Source: an uncultured archaeon (GTDB lineage Archaea; Asgardarchaeota; Thorarchaeia; Thorarchaeales; Thorarchaeaceae). Taken from it: a stretch of DNA of 31,197 nt. Positions 14,773-23,865 of this stretch are shown piece after piece. Position 1 is the first letter of the stretch. Each line of letters starts with the position of its first letter. The notes beneath the pieces were generated by a model. It saw nothing but the letters and a program-made list of their open reading frames with translations, did not search any database and was not told where the DNA came from. The DNA lies in contig CAZVZC010000012.1 in the NCBI GenBank assembly GCA_964631415.1, positions 14,317 to 45,513 of the forward strand. Reading direction: 5' to 3'. The translations under genes and the position numbers were made by a program.

Positions 14773-17496
14773 CTATCTCCTCCTCAACCTGGGGTTGGCA
14801 ATCTCGTCCATTGCGTAGCCAACAAATGAAACGCCCATCAGCAACAGAACGACCATGATGCCTGGCGGGAATACAAGCCACCAGAGGTTACCCGACATCG
14901 CGCCTGATCCGAACGCTTGATAGAGCATTGTACCCCAGCTCACCATGGTTGGGTCTCCAAGACCGAAGAAGTCAAGCACAACCTCGGAGAGAATGGCGTA
15001 GGCTGTAACGAGCACGGTGTTTGCAACTATCAAGGGTGCAACAGCTGGAAGAACGTGTCTACCCATAATATAGATGTCACTTCCTCCGACAGCTCTGACT
15101 CTCTCGATGTACGTTCGCTCTTTGATGCTGAGCACCTGTCCTCTGACGATTCTTGCCGTAGAGGGCCAAGAGAAGATGCCAATCACAAAGATGAGTGTGT
15201 ATATGGATGGAGGAAGGATTGCCGCCAGTGTTATCATGATGACAAGTGCGGGTATCACAAAGAAGATGTCTGTGAAGCGCATCAGCAGTGAATCAGTAAG
15301 ACCCCCGTAGTAGCCTGCAACAAGCCCGATCAGTGTTCCGATTACCATGGTCATGAGCGTCGCTACAAGTCCGATTATCAGAGTGATGCGTACACCCACG
15401 ACTAGCTGGCTGAACACATCTCTTCCGAGCTGATCCGTGCCCAGTATGTGGAACCCGGGGTAGGCTGTAGGATTTCCTGTGATGACAGACAATGAGGAAT
15501 GGATGACAATCCCTAGACCTAGAAACAAGAGAGCTGTGGAAGTCAGGTGGAATCGGGCTCTGGCAAGATCCTCTGCGCGTACGAGAAGCCTTCCTCTTGA
15601 GATGCTCAGGTATAGGACAACACCACCCAGCATGCCAAGAACAGCTGACTCAGTCAGGGCAAGTACATGTGATAAGGCAATGGACAGGCTTCCAAAGAGC
15701 AATGCGACAAACAGCATGAGAGTGCCTAGTCCTGCCAACGTCACAGTTGAGTGAACCATCGGCCATCTCTTTTGATGTGCTAAGTACCAAATAGCCGCGC
15801 CGATGATGATCATCAGAAGACCCGTGTATAGGGGTACTGCCTGCTCGATGGGCAGCGGACTTGGCGCCCTGTATGGAAGTCCTGTTTCATGTTGCTGGGG
15901 GTTGTAGGGCGCGAGAATGTCAGCGAACGCTGAGAGTCCCACAAACGCCGAAACAGTGATTGCCCCGCCGATACCCAGAGGTGTTCCTATGAACCGTTTG
16001 AGCATTCCACTCGTCCTGTGGCGTCGCCCTATCAGCCAGCCAACAATAATCATCACCAGCGTCAGCTCAATCAGCAAAGGATGGCACAGGAGGGAGAGAA
16101 TGCCTGTGATTGCGTTTGCGCCGACCGGTGGGAATACGCCCGTACCTATGAATGCCAAAGCCCAAGAAACAGTCCATTGAAGCCCAAGAGCATTGAATAC
16201 GACTATTGGTACAGCCACCAAGAGATTGACTGTGAGAACTAGGAGAGCAAGATGAACTAACAGTCTTGACTTGTGTTGCTTCCAGATGTATGAGAGATTA
16301 TCCGAAGTGTACCCCTCTATCCTTGCATACAGGAATCTACGGATTCCGCGCCACCGTATGCCGGCGAACAGCAGGGCACATATCCCGATGAATACGGGCA
16401 CGAACTGGGGGCTGGAAACCAAGACGACGAAACCCACTGCTAGCAGCATGGCTGTGAGAAGCCTGACGGGGTCCCGGAAGGTCTGCAGGAATCCCCCTGC
16501 CTTCTGCTCGGAGACTACATAATCCGAGCCGACTCTTATTCTTGGATCGAGGACGTAGTACAGAAAGTCAGCTATCAGATTCGCGACAACAATGACAACA
16601 GTGATCATGAAGAATGTGGCCTGAAGAAGCGGGTAGTCCCGATACATGATACCGTCCCAAAGTAGTCTGCCAATCCCCGGGAAGGAGAAGACAACCTCAA
16701 CTTGCAGAGCGCCAGCCACCGATGCACCGAGATTGAGAGCGATGATGGTTGTGACAGGAATCATGGCATTGGGGACTGCTTCCTTGTTGAGCTGGTCTTG
16801 CTCACTCCTGCCTTTCGCCTTTGCAGTTATCATGTAGTCCTCGCTTAGAACATCAAGTAGTGCATTCCTCATAATGAGAGCAAACACACCGATCAGAGCA
16901 ATAGTCAAAACACACCAAGGCAGGACCAGGTGTGCCAGTAGTTGTCCCAAGAAGATTATCGGGTCTGGCGATGCCGCACTTGGAATCCAGGGAGTCAACG
17001 GGAACAGTCTGAGATTCACTGCAAACAGCATTATGAAGAACATCGAGAGCCAGAACGAAGGTATCGAATACGTGATCAACGAGATGATCAGACCAGTGAT
17101 GTCGGCTCGCTCGCCCCTCTTCCAGGCAGACTTCTTGCCTATCCAGATGCCTATCAGAATGGAAACTATCGTGGCTGGGAGAATCAGGATAATCGTGTTC
17201 ATGAGTCTTGGCCAAATGATGTTCTGGACATCAGTCTGGAAGTGAAACGAAACCCCGAGGTTGCCACTGAGAAAGTTGATCAGAAACAGGACGTATTGAA
17301 TGTGCATTGGCTGGTCAAGGCCGAACTCTCGTATGATTCGCTCTTGAACGACATCCCCAATGTTGGGGTTTCTGGAAAGGAATGATGCCGGATCGCCGGG
17401 GAGCAGATGAAACAGAACGAAGTCAATCGAGAGGGCAATCAAGATAGTGAATATGGCCTGTATGATTCTCTTTGCCAGTGTTCCTCTTAGTGTCGT
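14773..17496 (-). CDS. Fused DppB-DppC-type ABC permease with extra TM inserts; probable non-canonical start (ACG 17496 or CTG 17478)
   Basis: N-half: PGDP, GNLGVSF, EDYMITAKAKG, RDYPLLQ, LDPRIR. C-half: LAPYNP, HILGTDQLGRDV, YIERVRAVGGS, SWGTML, NPRLR. The reading frame extends upstream of TTG 17442 through TLRGTLAKRIIQAIFTI. Confidence 0.88.
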   Translation of the reverse strand, partial: TTLRGTLAKRIIQAIFTILIALSIDFVLFHLLPGDPASFLSRNPNIGDVVQERIIREFGLDQPMHIQYVLFLINFLSGNLGVSFHFQTDVQNIIWPRLMNTIILILPATIVSILIGIWIGKKSAWKRGERADITGLIISLITYSIPSFWLSMFFIMLFAVNLRLFPLTPWIPSAASPDPIIFLGQLLAHLVLPWCVLTIALIGVFALIMRNALLDVLSEDYMITAKAKGRSEQDQLNKEAVPNAMIPVTTIIALNLGASVAGALQVEVVFSFPGIGRLLWDGIMYRDYPLLQATFFMITVVIVVANLIADFLYYVLDPRIRVGSDYVVSEQKAGGFLQTFRDPVRLLTAMLLAVGFVVLVSSPQFVPVFIGICALLFAGIRWRGIRRFLYARIEGYTSDNLSYIWKQHKSRLLVHLALLVLTVNLLVAVPIVVFNALGLQWTVSWALAFIGTGVFPPVGANAITGILSLLCHPLLIELTLVMIIVGWLIGRRHRTSGMLKRFIGTPLGIGGAITVSAFVGLSAFADILAPYNPQQHETGLPYRAPSPLPIEQAVPLYTGLLMIIIGAAIWYLAHQKRWPMVHSTVTLAGLGTLMLFVALLFGSLSIALSHVLALTESAVLGMLGGVVLYLSISRGRLLVRAEDLARARFHLTSTALLFLGLGIVIHSSLSVITGNPTAYPGFHILGTDQLGRDVFSQLVVGVRITLIIGLVATLMTMVIGTLIGLVAGYYGGLTDSLLMRFTDIFFVIPALVIMITLAAILPPSIYTLIFVIGIFSWPSTARIVRGQVLSIKERTYIERVRAVGGSDIYIMGRHVLPAVAPLIVANTVLVTAYAILSEVVLDFFGLGDPTMVSWGTMLYQAFGSGAMSGNLWWLVFPPGIMVVLLLMGVSFVGYAMDEIANPRLRRR

Positions 17497-17532
17497 CCCG
17501 GTGTCGCTCCTCGGTAGCTGTCAAATCGGATG

Positions 17533-17571
17533 AAAAGAAAAGGAGGAACAGACGGGATGTCCGCCTGTTCC
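17533..17571 (-). terminator. Hairpin plus U-tract after the solute-binding protein gene (partial terminator or mRNA stabiliser)
   Basis: Minus strand GGAACAGGCGG-ACATC-CCGTCTGTTCC followed by TCCTTTTCTTTTC. Confidence 0.7.
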
Positions 17572-17584
17572 ACCGGTTGCCAAT

Positions 17585-19492
17585 CTAGTGCTTGGCCCTC
17601 CAAGCCAGCAGAACTACAACGACCACAATCGCCGCACCTGCTCCAATCAGAATCAGTTCTATTGGAATTGGCGCCGGGGGCGCAACTTCGTCGGCCTCAA
17701 GCCAACTCTCCCAGTTCCAGATAGAGAGTATTCCGCTCAACCAGTCCTCGTGTGTGAAGCTATACCTGTCATTTCGGTATACCTCAATGTCATCGAAGTT
17801 CACAAGCACGCAGACACTACCCTCATCATAGATGAGCTGCTGGAGTTCATCAATGAGTTGAGCCCTCTCCGTGTCCGAAACAAGCTGCTGCAAGTTGTAT
17901 ATCTCGTCGACACGCGGTACGTTCAACATGGTCGGGTTGAGCCAGCTGGTTGATGTCATGTACTCTGCAATGCTGTTCGGGTCAGCTATCTGGGTATAGA
18001 ACGTGATCATCATGTCGTAGTTGTAGGCACCGAGGTCATCAGAGAAGGTGGATACGTCCTCTGCCTGGATCGTAATGTCAAAACCTGCCGCCTCAAGATC
18101 CGCCTTGATAAGCTGAGCGGCACTGAGGTCGATAGGATCACCAGACACTATCTTGATCGTGAAGGTCAACGACTTCGTTGTGGCATTCATTGTCTTCTCG
18201 TATATGCCATCAGGGTTCTTCACCCAGCCTGCTGCTTCAAGTGTGGCCATTGCTGCTGCCGCACCGGACGTCAACTTTGTCATGTTGTCATTGTGCCATT
18301 TGAGGCCTTTGTGGACTATTGAGTCCTCTGCTGTCGCGTGTCCCAAATACGCGACGTTCGCCACCTTTGTCTTGTTCACTGCCTGGTTTATGGCGTCCTT
18401 CACAGCGGGCTCACGGAGCTGGAACTTGCCTGTGCCGTTGGCGTATATCCAGTCTTGGTTGATAAGTAGTGCGTCCCACCCAAGCCAGCTGTTTATGTTC
18501 TTCGTGACCTCCGGACCCCATACTCCTGTTTCAATGAAGTTAGCTGAGGTTTCGCAAAAGTCAATCTCTCCTGATTTCACTGCCTGTGTCATTGTCTCGA
18601 TGGAAGTGTAGAACAGCACTGTCAGATTGTCGATTATCGGCCTGCCCCACTGGTAGTCAGCGTTTGCCTCGAAGATTGCCACCTCTCCGGGTTCATAGGT
18701 GGTAAGCTTGAACGGGCCTGTGCCGACGTGGGGAGCGGCGAAAGTCGGGTAGATGATATTCCAAGATATGCCGTCCCAGTTGCCAAATGACCAGAAAGTG
18801 TAGTTGTAGGAGGCATAGTACGAGCCATTCAATCCGTAGACGGGGTCATGCCATGTGATTGGATCCCATAGGTGCTTCGGCAGTATTGGAATGTATGTTA
18901 GTCCGGTCAGCAGGTACTCCTTGTTCACAACGACGGGTGTGCCATTGTAGCTGTCTCGATAGTATGCGTACGCTGGTGCTGGCGCCCAAGCCCAGATGGA
19001 CTCATAGCCGCAGTCAACGAAGTTGAGCACCACTGTATGGCTGTCAGGGCATCTGATGTTCCGGTGGTCGATTCTGTATGTCTGACCCGCCCACCAGCCC
19101 AACCAAGTCCACGTGAATAGTGTCCAGTTCACATCAGCAGACGTGAATGGTGTGCCGTCGTGCCAAGTAGCATTCTGAACCAGATGCAGTGTAAGCTGAG
19201 ATCCGTTTGCAGCCCAGTCCCAGCCCTCTGCGAGTCCTCCCTTTACGCCCCAGTTATCATCCCAGCGGATCAGCGGGTCGTAGATCCAGTTGTAGAACTC
19301 CCATGCAGCGACAGAGCCGCCGAGTACCGGGCTAAGGCTGTCCGGCTGATCGAACATACCAAGCCTGAATACTTTGGGAGTTTCAGTTGTTGTCTGAGCT
19401 GATGCCTGCGGCAAGAATGCAACCACTGGGCTTGCCACAATTGCCACAAGAAGCAGCGTCAGAGCAAAGTTCCTTACTCTCACGAATCTCAC
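17585..19492 (-). CDS. ABC transporter solute-binding protein, family 5 (DppA/OppA-like), with signal peptide and C-terminal membrane anchor
   Basis: PDSLSP, IYDPL, GLAEGW, TWHDGTPFTSADV, GTGPFKL, ANADYQWG, VKDAINQAVNK. N-terminal signal peptide and C-terminal TM segment followed by WRAKH. Confidence 0.92.
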   Translation of the reverse strand: MRFVRVRNFALTLLLVAIVASPVVAFLPQASAQTTTETPKVFRLGMFDQPDSLSPVLGGSVAAWEFYNWIYDPLIRWDDNWGVKGGLAEGWDWAANGSQLTLHLVQNATWHDGTPFTSADVNWTLFTWTWLGWWAGQTYRIDHRNIRCPDSHTVVLNFVDCGYESIWAWAPAPAYAYYRDSYNGTPVVVNKEYLLTGLTYIPILPKHLWDPITWHDPVYGLNGSYYASYNYTFWSFGNWDGISWNIIYPTFAAPHVGTGPFKLTTYEPGEVAIFEANADYQWGRPIIDNLTVLFYTSIETMTQAVKSGEIDFCETSANFIETGVWGPEVTKNINSWLGWDALLINQDWIYANGTGKFQLREPAVKDAINQAVNKTKVANVAYLGHATAEDSIVHKGLKWHNDNMTKLTSGAAAAMATLEAAGWVKNPDGIYEKTMNATTKSLTFTIKIVSGDPIDLSAAQLIKADLEAAGFDITIQAEDVSTFSDDLGAYNYDMMITFYTQIADPNSIAEYMTSTSWLNPTMLNVPRVDEIYNLQQLVSDTERAQLIDELQQLIYDEGSVCVLVNFDDIEVYRNDRYSFTHEDWLSGILSIWNWESWLEADEVAPPAPIPIELILIGAGAAIVVVVVLLAWRAKH

Positions 19493-19523
19493 ATCCTTTT
19501 GATGGCCAAAACATAACGGTCAA

Positions 19524-19580
19524 TGTACACCAATTAAAACTCTCCGAACATCATTGAACACGAGTGGACATTCGTGAACA
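19524..19580 (-). promoter_or_regulatory. Promoter of the ABC operon with a 10-bp-phased hexamer operator array
   Basis: Minus strand TGTTCA-cgaa-TGTCCA-ctcg-TGTTCA-atga-TGTTCG-gagagTTTTAATTgg-TGTACA. Confidence 0.75.
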
Positions 19581-19606
19581 ACAGAGTTCGGACCTTGTCA
19601 AGAGTG

Positions 19607-20566
19607 TCATGTGGCCCTTGAGCGGTGTATTCGTACGAAAACAAGGATCGATACAGCCACTGCAGCGCCAACGGCTATCACAAGGGCAAGCATTACCGGC
19701 GATTGATCAGGCACTTCCGTTGTTAGTGAAACGTTCTCCACAAGCCACAATGAAACCGATAGCATCATTGGCCACTCGGATCCCTCATCATCGTATATGT
19801 CTGGCCAGTCAATGCCATCGCGTGCTGAATCCTCCTCCCATTCCGGGTGTGGCCCGCTGAGAAATGCCCTTCCTTCATGAAAGCCAAGGGCAATCATGGC
19901 AGGTTCGTCGTTGACAGAGTATGTCGCAAGGGTCTGAGCATCTTCTGGATTGTCTAGTACGAAGAAGGGTCCTCCGTAGTACATCACTCTATGCTCATTT
20001 GGCTCGTTTGAGAGGTCAATCACGGTTGAGCTTCGGTTCACTTCAATCGAACACATGTTGAAGTTCGGCCATGGAGCTATTTCATCGATTGCACCGACCC
20101 CTGTCCCGTTGAATATGTCCAGGGGGTACTGAATGCCAACACCCTCCCAAACCAGCGTGTCACATGCCAAGTAAGCACCTGCGCAGACGCCGAAGTAAGA
20201 CCCTCCCTCCCTGACAAACGACCGAATCTTCTCAAGTCCCGTTGTTCCGAGATCTGAGATGTAGTTTCCCGCATATCCGCCAGGGATCACGACCATGTGA
20301 TAGCCAGCCAGTTCTCCAGACTTCACGTCAGATGCATGCAGTATCTCAACGGTGGCGTTCATCCACTCGAACATCCTGACCAGCGCAGTCCTGCTGCTGT
20401 CGCTGACGCTTTCAGCCCCGTAGTAAACGGCGACTCTGATGTTTGTCAAGTCCGAGCGGGTCGCATTGGCGTTGCTAAACGACATCGGACTCGCTGTCAT
20501 ACCCACGAACAGAAGGACGAGTGAGAGTGTCAGGACTCTGGCAGAAGCATCTTTCATCTGCATCAT
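19607..20566 (-). CDS. Surface-anchored BPL_N-domain (class I glutamine amidotransferase-like fold) putative Cys hydrolase
   Basis: RVAVYYG, VVIPGG, IRSFVREGGSYFGVCAGAY, YYGGP, LSGPHPE. Signal peptide and C-terminal TM segment with a basic tail. Confidence 0.8.
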   Translation of the reverse strand: MMQMKDASARVLTLSLVLLFVGMTASPMSFSNANATRSDLTNIRVAVYYGAESVSDSSRTALVRMFEWMNATVEILHASDVKSGELAGYHMVVIPGGYAGNYISDLGTTGLEKIRSFVREGGSYFGVCAGAYLACDTLVWEGVGIQYPLDIFNGTGVGAIDEIAPWPNFNMCSIEVNRSSTVIDLSNEPNEHRVMYYGGPFFVLDNPEDAQTLATYSVNDEPAMIALGFHEGRAFLSGPHPEWEEDSARDGIDWPDIYDDEGSEWPMMLSVSLWLVENVSLTTEVPDQSPVMLALVIAVGAAVAVSILVFVRIHRSRAT

Positions 20567-20639
20567 CTAGGTGCAATCCAACTGCAAGTTATCTACTTAG
20601 CGCAAAGGCCCCGCGCACTCGACTGGGGCGGCTCAGGTT

Positions 20640-20687
20640 ATGTTCAATCTTGAACATCAATGTTGACACTGTTCTTATGATTGTTCA
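20640..20687 (+). promoter_or_regulatory. Promoter of the catabolic operon with a 10-bp-phased hexamer operator array
   Basis: TGTTCA-atct-TGAACA-tcaa-TGTTGA-cactgttCTTATGAt-TGTTCA. Includes the palindrome ATGTTCAA-TC-TTGAACAT. Confidence 0.72.
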
Positions 20688-20756
20688 CGACATGATAGGA
20701 CCCATAGAAGACAGTAGGAAGTTGGTTCTGTCTTTTCCACCAAGGAGGATTTGCGG

Positions 20757-22052
20757 TTGGTTACGACAAAGGAAGTAATGGAAAAGGATGCACAGTATCT
20801 GGCCCCTGTCTACAAGCGGAAGCAGATTGTGCTGGTTGAAGGAAAGGGTGCTGTTGTCAAGGATCTCGAAGGCAAGGAGTACATTGACTGTTTCAGCGGC
20901 ATTTCCGTTTCTAATGCAGGTCATGCTCCAGAGCGACTGGCCAAGGCCGGCGCAGAACAGCTGAGGAAGCTCATACACTGTTCAGGGTACTACTACAGTG
21001 TCCCGCAGACATTGCTGGCCGAGAGGCTCGCCTCAATAGCTCCCAGCCATCTCAGGAAGTCGTTCTTCTGTAATAGCGGCGCAGAGGCTGTGGAAGGTGC
21101 AGTCAAGCTGAGCAAGAAGTATGCACTCTCAAAAGGTCGGATTGGAGCAGGTCTGATCTCCCTTGAGGGCTCCTTCCATGGGCGATTAGGTCTGTCTCTC
21201 ACATTGACCGGGCAAGCCAAGTACAAACACGGTTTCGGTGCTTTCGCGATTTATCCGGGCGTCGTTCATGCTCCCGCACCATACTGTTATCGATGCCCTC
21301 TGTCTTATCCTCAGTGTGGGCTGGAGTGTGCTCGCAAGGTCGAGGACGTCATCAGGTACCAAACCACTGGAGATGTCGCCGCAATGATTGTCGAGCCCGT
21401 GATGGGAGAAGGAGGGATCATCGTTCCTCCAGATGGTTATCTCACGCAGGTGCAGAAGATATGCTCCGAAAACAATGTCCTCCTCATCGCAGACGAAGTC
21501 CAGACTGGTTTCGGTCGATGTGGCCGCATGTTTGCAAGCGAGCTCTGGAACCTCCGAGCCGACATAATGACGATGGCGAAAGCTCTGGCCGGAGGATTGC
21601 CAATTGGCGCATTCATCGCAACAGACGAAGTAGCGAGAAGCCTAGAGTCCGGAGATCATTTCTCGACGTTTGGAGGGAATCCTGTCTGCTGCGCCGTGGC
21701 ACTGGAGAACTTAGCTTATCTGCAAGACCAAGGTCTGGTGAAGAACTCAGAGAGAATGGGCAAAATCATGGTGGAACGTCTCCTAGAGATGCAGAAGAAG
21801 CACAAGATCATTGGCGATATCAGAGGCAGAGGACTGATGATTGGAGTCGAACTTGTCAAAGACAAGCAGTCGAAGCAACCAGCTGCTGAGCAGGCTGAGA
21901 AGGTCGCCGCGGCAATGCAAGACGATGGTGTACTCATAGGCACTGGAGGCGTGTTGAAGAATGTGCTGCGAATGCAGCCTCCACTCTGCATATCGGAGGA
22001 ACAGTCTGCACGTGTCTTGGACAAGCTGAATGATAGGCTCGGGAAGCTGTAG
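20757..22052 (+). CDS. Class III PLP-dependent aminotransferase (GabT/ArgD-like)
   Basis: EYIDCFSG, NSGAEAVEGA, SFHGR, VEPVMGEGG, ADEVQTGFGR, MAKALAGG, STFGGNP. TTG 20757 lies 8 nt after GGAGG; TTG 20751 is the alternative. Confidence 0.93.
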   Translation: MVTTKEVMEKDAQYLAPVYKRKQIVLVEGKGAVVKDLEGKEYIDCFSGISVSNAGHAPERLAKAGAEQLRKLIHCSGYYYSVPQTLLAERLASIAPSHLRKSFFCNSGAEAVEGAVKLSKKYALSKGRIGAGLISLEGSFHGRLGLSLTLTGQAKYKHGFGAFAIYPGVVHAPAPYCYRCPLSYPQCGLECARKVEDVIRYQTTGDVAAMIVEPVMGEGGIIVPPDGYLTQVQKICSENNVLLIADEVQTGFGRCGRMFASELWNLRADIMTMAKALAGGLPIGAFIATDEVARSLESGDHFSTFGGNPVCCAVALENLAYLQDQGLVKNSERMGKIMVERLLEMQKKHKIIGDIRGRGLMIGVELVKDKQSKQPAAEQAEKVAAAMQDDGVLIGTGGVLKNVLRMQPPLCISEEQSARVLDKLNDRLGKL

Positions 22053-22054
22053 GA

Positions 22055-23851
22055 ATGTCAGATAGACCCGCCAAGGATGCTGGCAGACCATCAATTGACA
22101 GAATACGAAAAGACATAGCGAGTCTGTGTCAGATACGGGACAGGACCCCAGGATCCAAGAATGAGAAACTCGCTGGCAAGTGGATAGAGGAACGGCTCAT
22201 GGAAATGGGCTTTGACAAGATATCAAAGACGACCACGAGAGTCTGTTCTTGGGAACCGGTGTCCTGCAAAGTCCGGGTCACAGCACCTGTCACTCGCGAC
22301 ATATCAGCTGCCATGTTCCCCTACTGTCAGTCTGCACACGTGAAAGGAGTACTCACCAGCATCGACCAAGCCGGATCTAGGAATCATGGGATGATTGGTG
22401 TAGCGGCCTGGGGGCCCCAGCTCTATCTCTCTGCGACCAGAACATACTACCAAGCACTGAAACAGGATTTCTCTGCCGTTCTGATCTCTTGCCCAGACAA
22501 TGGTAGCCTTCTCAAAGTCGTTGTCATCGAGGGAGGGGTTCTCCGCATACCCGTTGTCAGCATCTCGAAAGAGGATGGTGAGTTTCTCCACAGCCTCATG
22601 GAGAAGTCAGATGTCACAATTGAGATAGAATGCAGGGCCGGAACTGACCCCAACGCAGAAACTACAGACTTGGAGGCTGTGCTGGATGGGGGTGAAGAGG
22701 ACGGGCTGGAAGTGTGCATTGGAGCGCACTATGACGCATGGTTCGCAGGTGCTGCGGACAATGCCGCTCCTGTCGCAGTATTACTGGAGCTAGCCAATCT
22801 TGCAAAGGATCATGTCAGGTCAGGCGGTCGTTTCAGGAGAAGAGTGAGATTCCTGTTCTTCGGTGCAGAGGAAGCCGGATCGCCAGACAAATACTACTAC
22901 TGGCTCAATGGATCCAGAGCATACGTTGAGAGCAATGTCGCTTCTCTGGGCAAGTTGGCAGTCATGCTGAGTCTTGACTCAACAGGGTTCCCTGCTCCAG
23001 CAAGGAACATAATCGCTTCAAGTGTGGAGCTGGGCGAGTATGCGAAGTCCGTGAAGGTCGCCGCGAAGATTCCTCCCAATCTGGTGTACTATAGCCCTGC
23101 GGGGTATGGGAGCGACCACTGGTTCTTTGAAACTTCGGGCGTGCCCACTCTGTACGCAGTTTCCTTTCCGAGTCGGCTATATCATACCCAAGGGGATGTT
23201 CCCGAGAATCTGGACTATGATGCAATCCATTTCTATGCTGACTTCATGAGGAGTGCGCTTCAGCATTTCGCAGAATCTGACTTGCTCCCAATCGATGTAT
23301 TCTCCATATTCCAGAGAGCTGAGTCGCTGGTCCGCGAATACAGTAGATTGATGGGAAACCCATTTGATCTCGGGCCTATTCTAAACGGTCTTGTCAGGCT
23401 CAACTCGGAAAGGAAGGCGTTTGACCGGGCTGTCCGGTTGGTATCAAAGCAGCGAAAGGATGAGCTCGTTCAAAGGCTTAATCAGTTCCTGCTGGAAACG
23501 GCCAACAGATTCAACAGGACCATTGGCTGGCTCTGGCGAAGACCTGCTCCTCCAGATGTTGACTACCTGTTTCGTCTTGAGCTCATCCCTGAGTACATCG
23601 ATTTGAATGCCAGCATAAGTGCTCTGAGAAAGATGCCCATTGCCCAACTGGACTATGACGCCATCAAGCGGTACGAATCGCAAAGCGACTTCCCATACAA
23701 CTGGGTGGGGGTACACGAGCCACTGGCCAAACTGGAGGAGGAACGAACCCGAGTGTTTAGAGTAATCGAAGATGAGCTCCACTCGCTCTCGGAGATGCTT
23801 GATTCGGTTTGGCGAGAAATGAAGGAACTCGAGAAGCTCATTGAACCTTAG
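22055..23851 (+). CDS. M28-family metallopeptidase/amidohydrolase with PA-like domain and C-terminal helical extension, no signal peptide
   Basis: RTPGS..E, IPVVSIS, GAHYDAW, GAADNA, FFGAEEAG, SLDSTG, SDH, LYHTQGD. Confidence 0.88.
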   Translation: MSDRPAKDAGRPSIDRIRKDIASLCQIRDRTPGSKNEKLAGKWIEERLMEMGFDKISKTTTRVCSWEPVSCKVRVTAPVTRDISAAMFPYCQSAHVKGVLTSIDQAGSRNHGMIGVAAWGPQLYLSATRTYYQALKQDFSAVLISCPDNGSLLKVVVIEGGVLRIPVVSISKEDGEFLHSLMEKSDVTIEIECRAGTDPNAETTDLEAVLDGGEEDGLEVCIGAHYDAWFAGAADNAAPVAVLLELANLAKDHVRSGGRFRRRVRFLFFGAEEAGSPDKYYYWLNGSRAYVESNVASLGKLAVMLSLDSTGFPAPARNIIASSVELGEYAKSVKVAAKIPPNLVYYSPAGYGSDHWFFETSGVPTLYAVSFPSRLYHTQGDVPENLDYDAIHFYADFMRSALQHFAESDLLPIDVFSIFQRAESLVREYSRLMGNPFDLGPILNGLVRLNSERKAFDRAVRLVSKQRKDELVQRLNQFLLETANRFNRTIGWLWRRPAPPDVDYLFRLELIPEYIDLNASISALRKMPIAQLDYDAIKRYESQSDFPYNWVGVHEPLAKLEEERTRVFRVIEDELHSLSEMLDSVWREMKELEKLIEP

Positions 23852-23865
23852 GAGAAAGATGAAGA

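Noticed and set aside
21293-21889. 198-aa alternative-frame ORF, and 30162-30827 on the minus strand (221 aa)
   Set aside because: Both lie wholly inside well-supported genes (aminotransferase, thiolase), have atypical composition and show no motifs.
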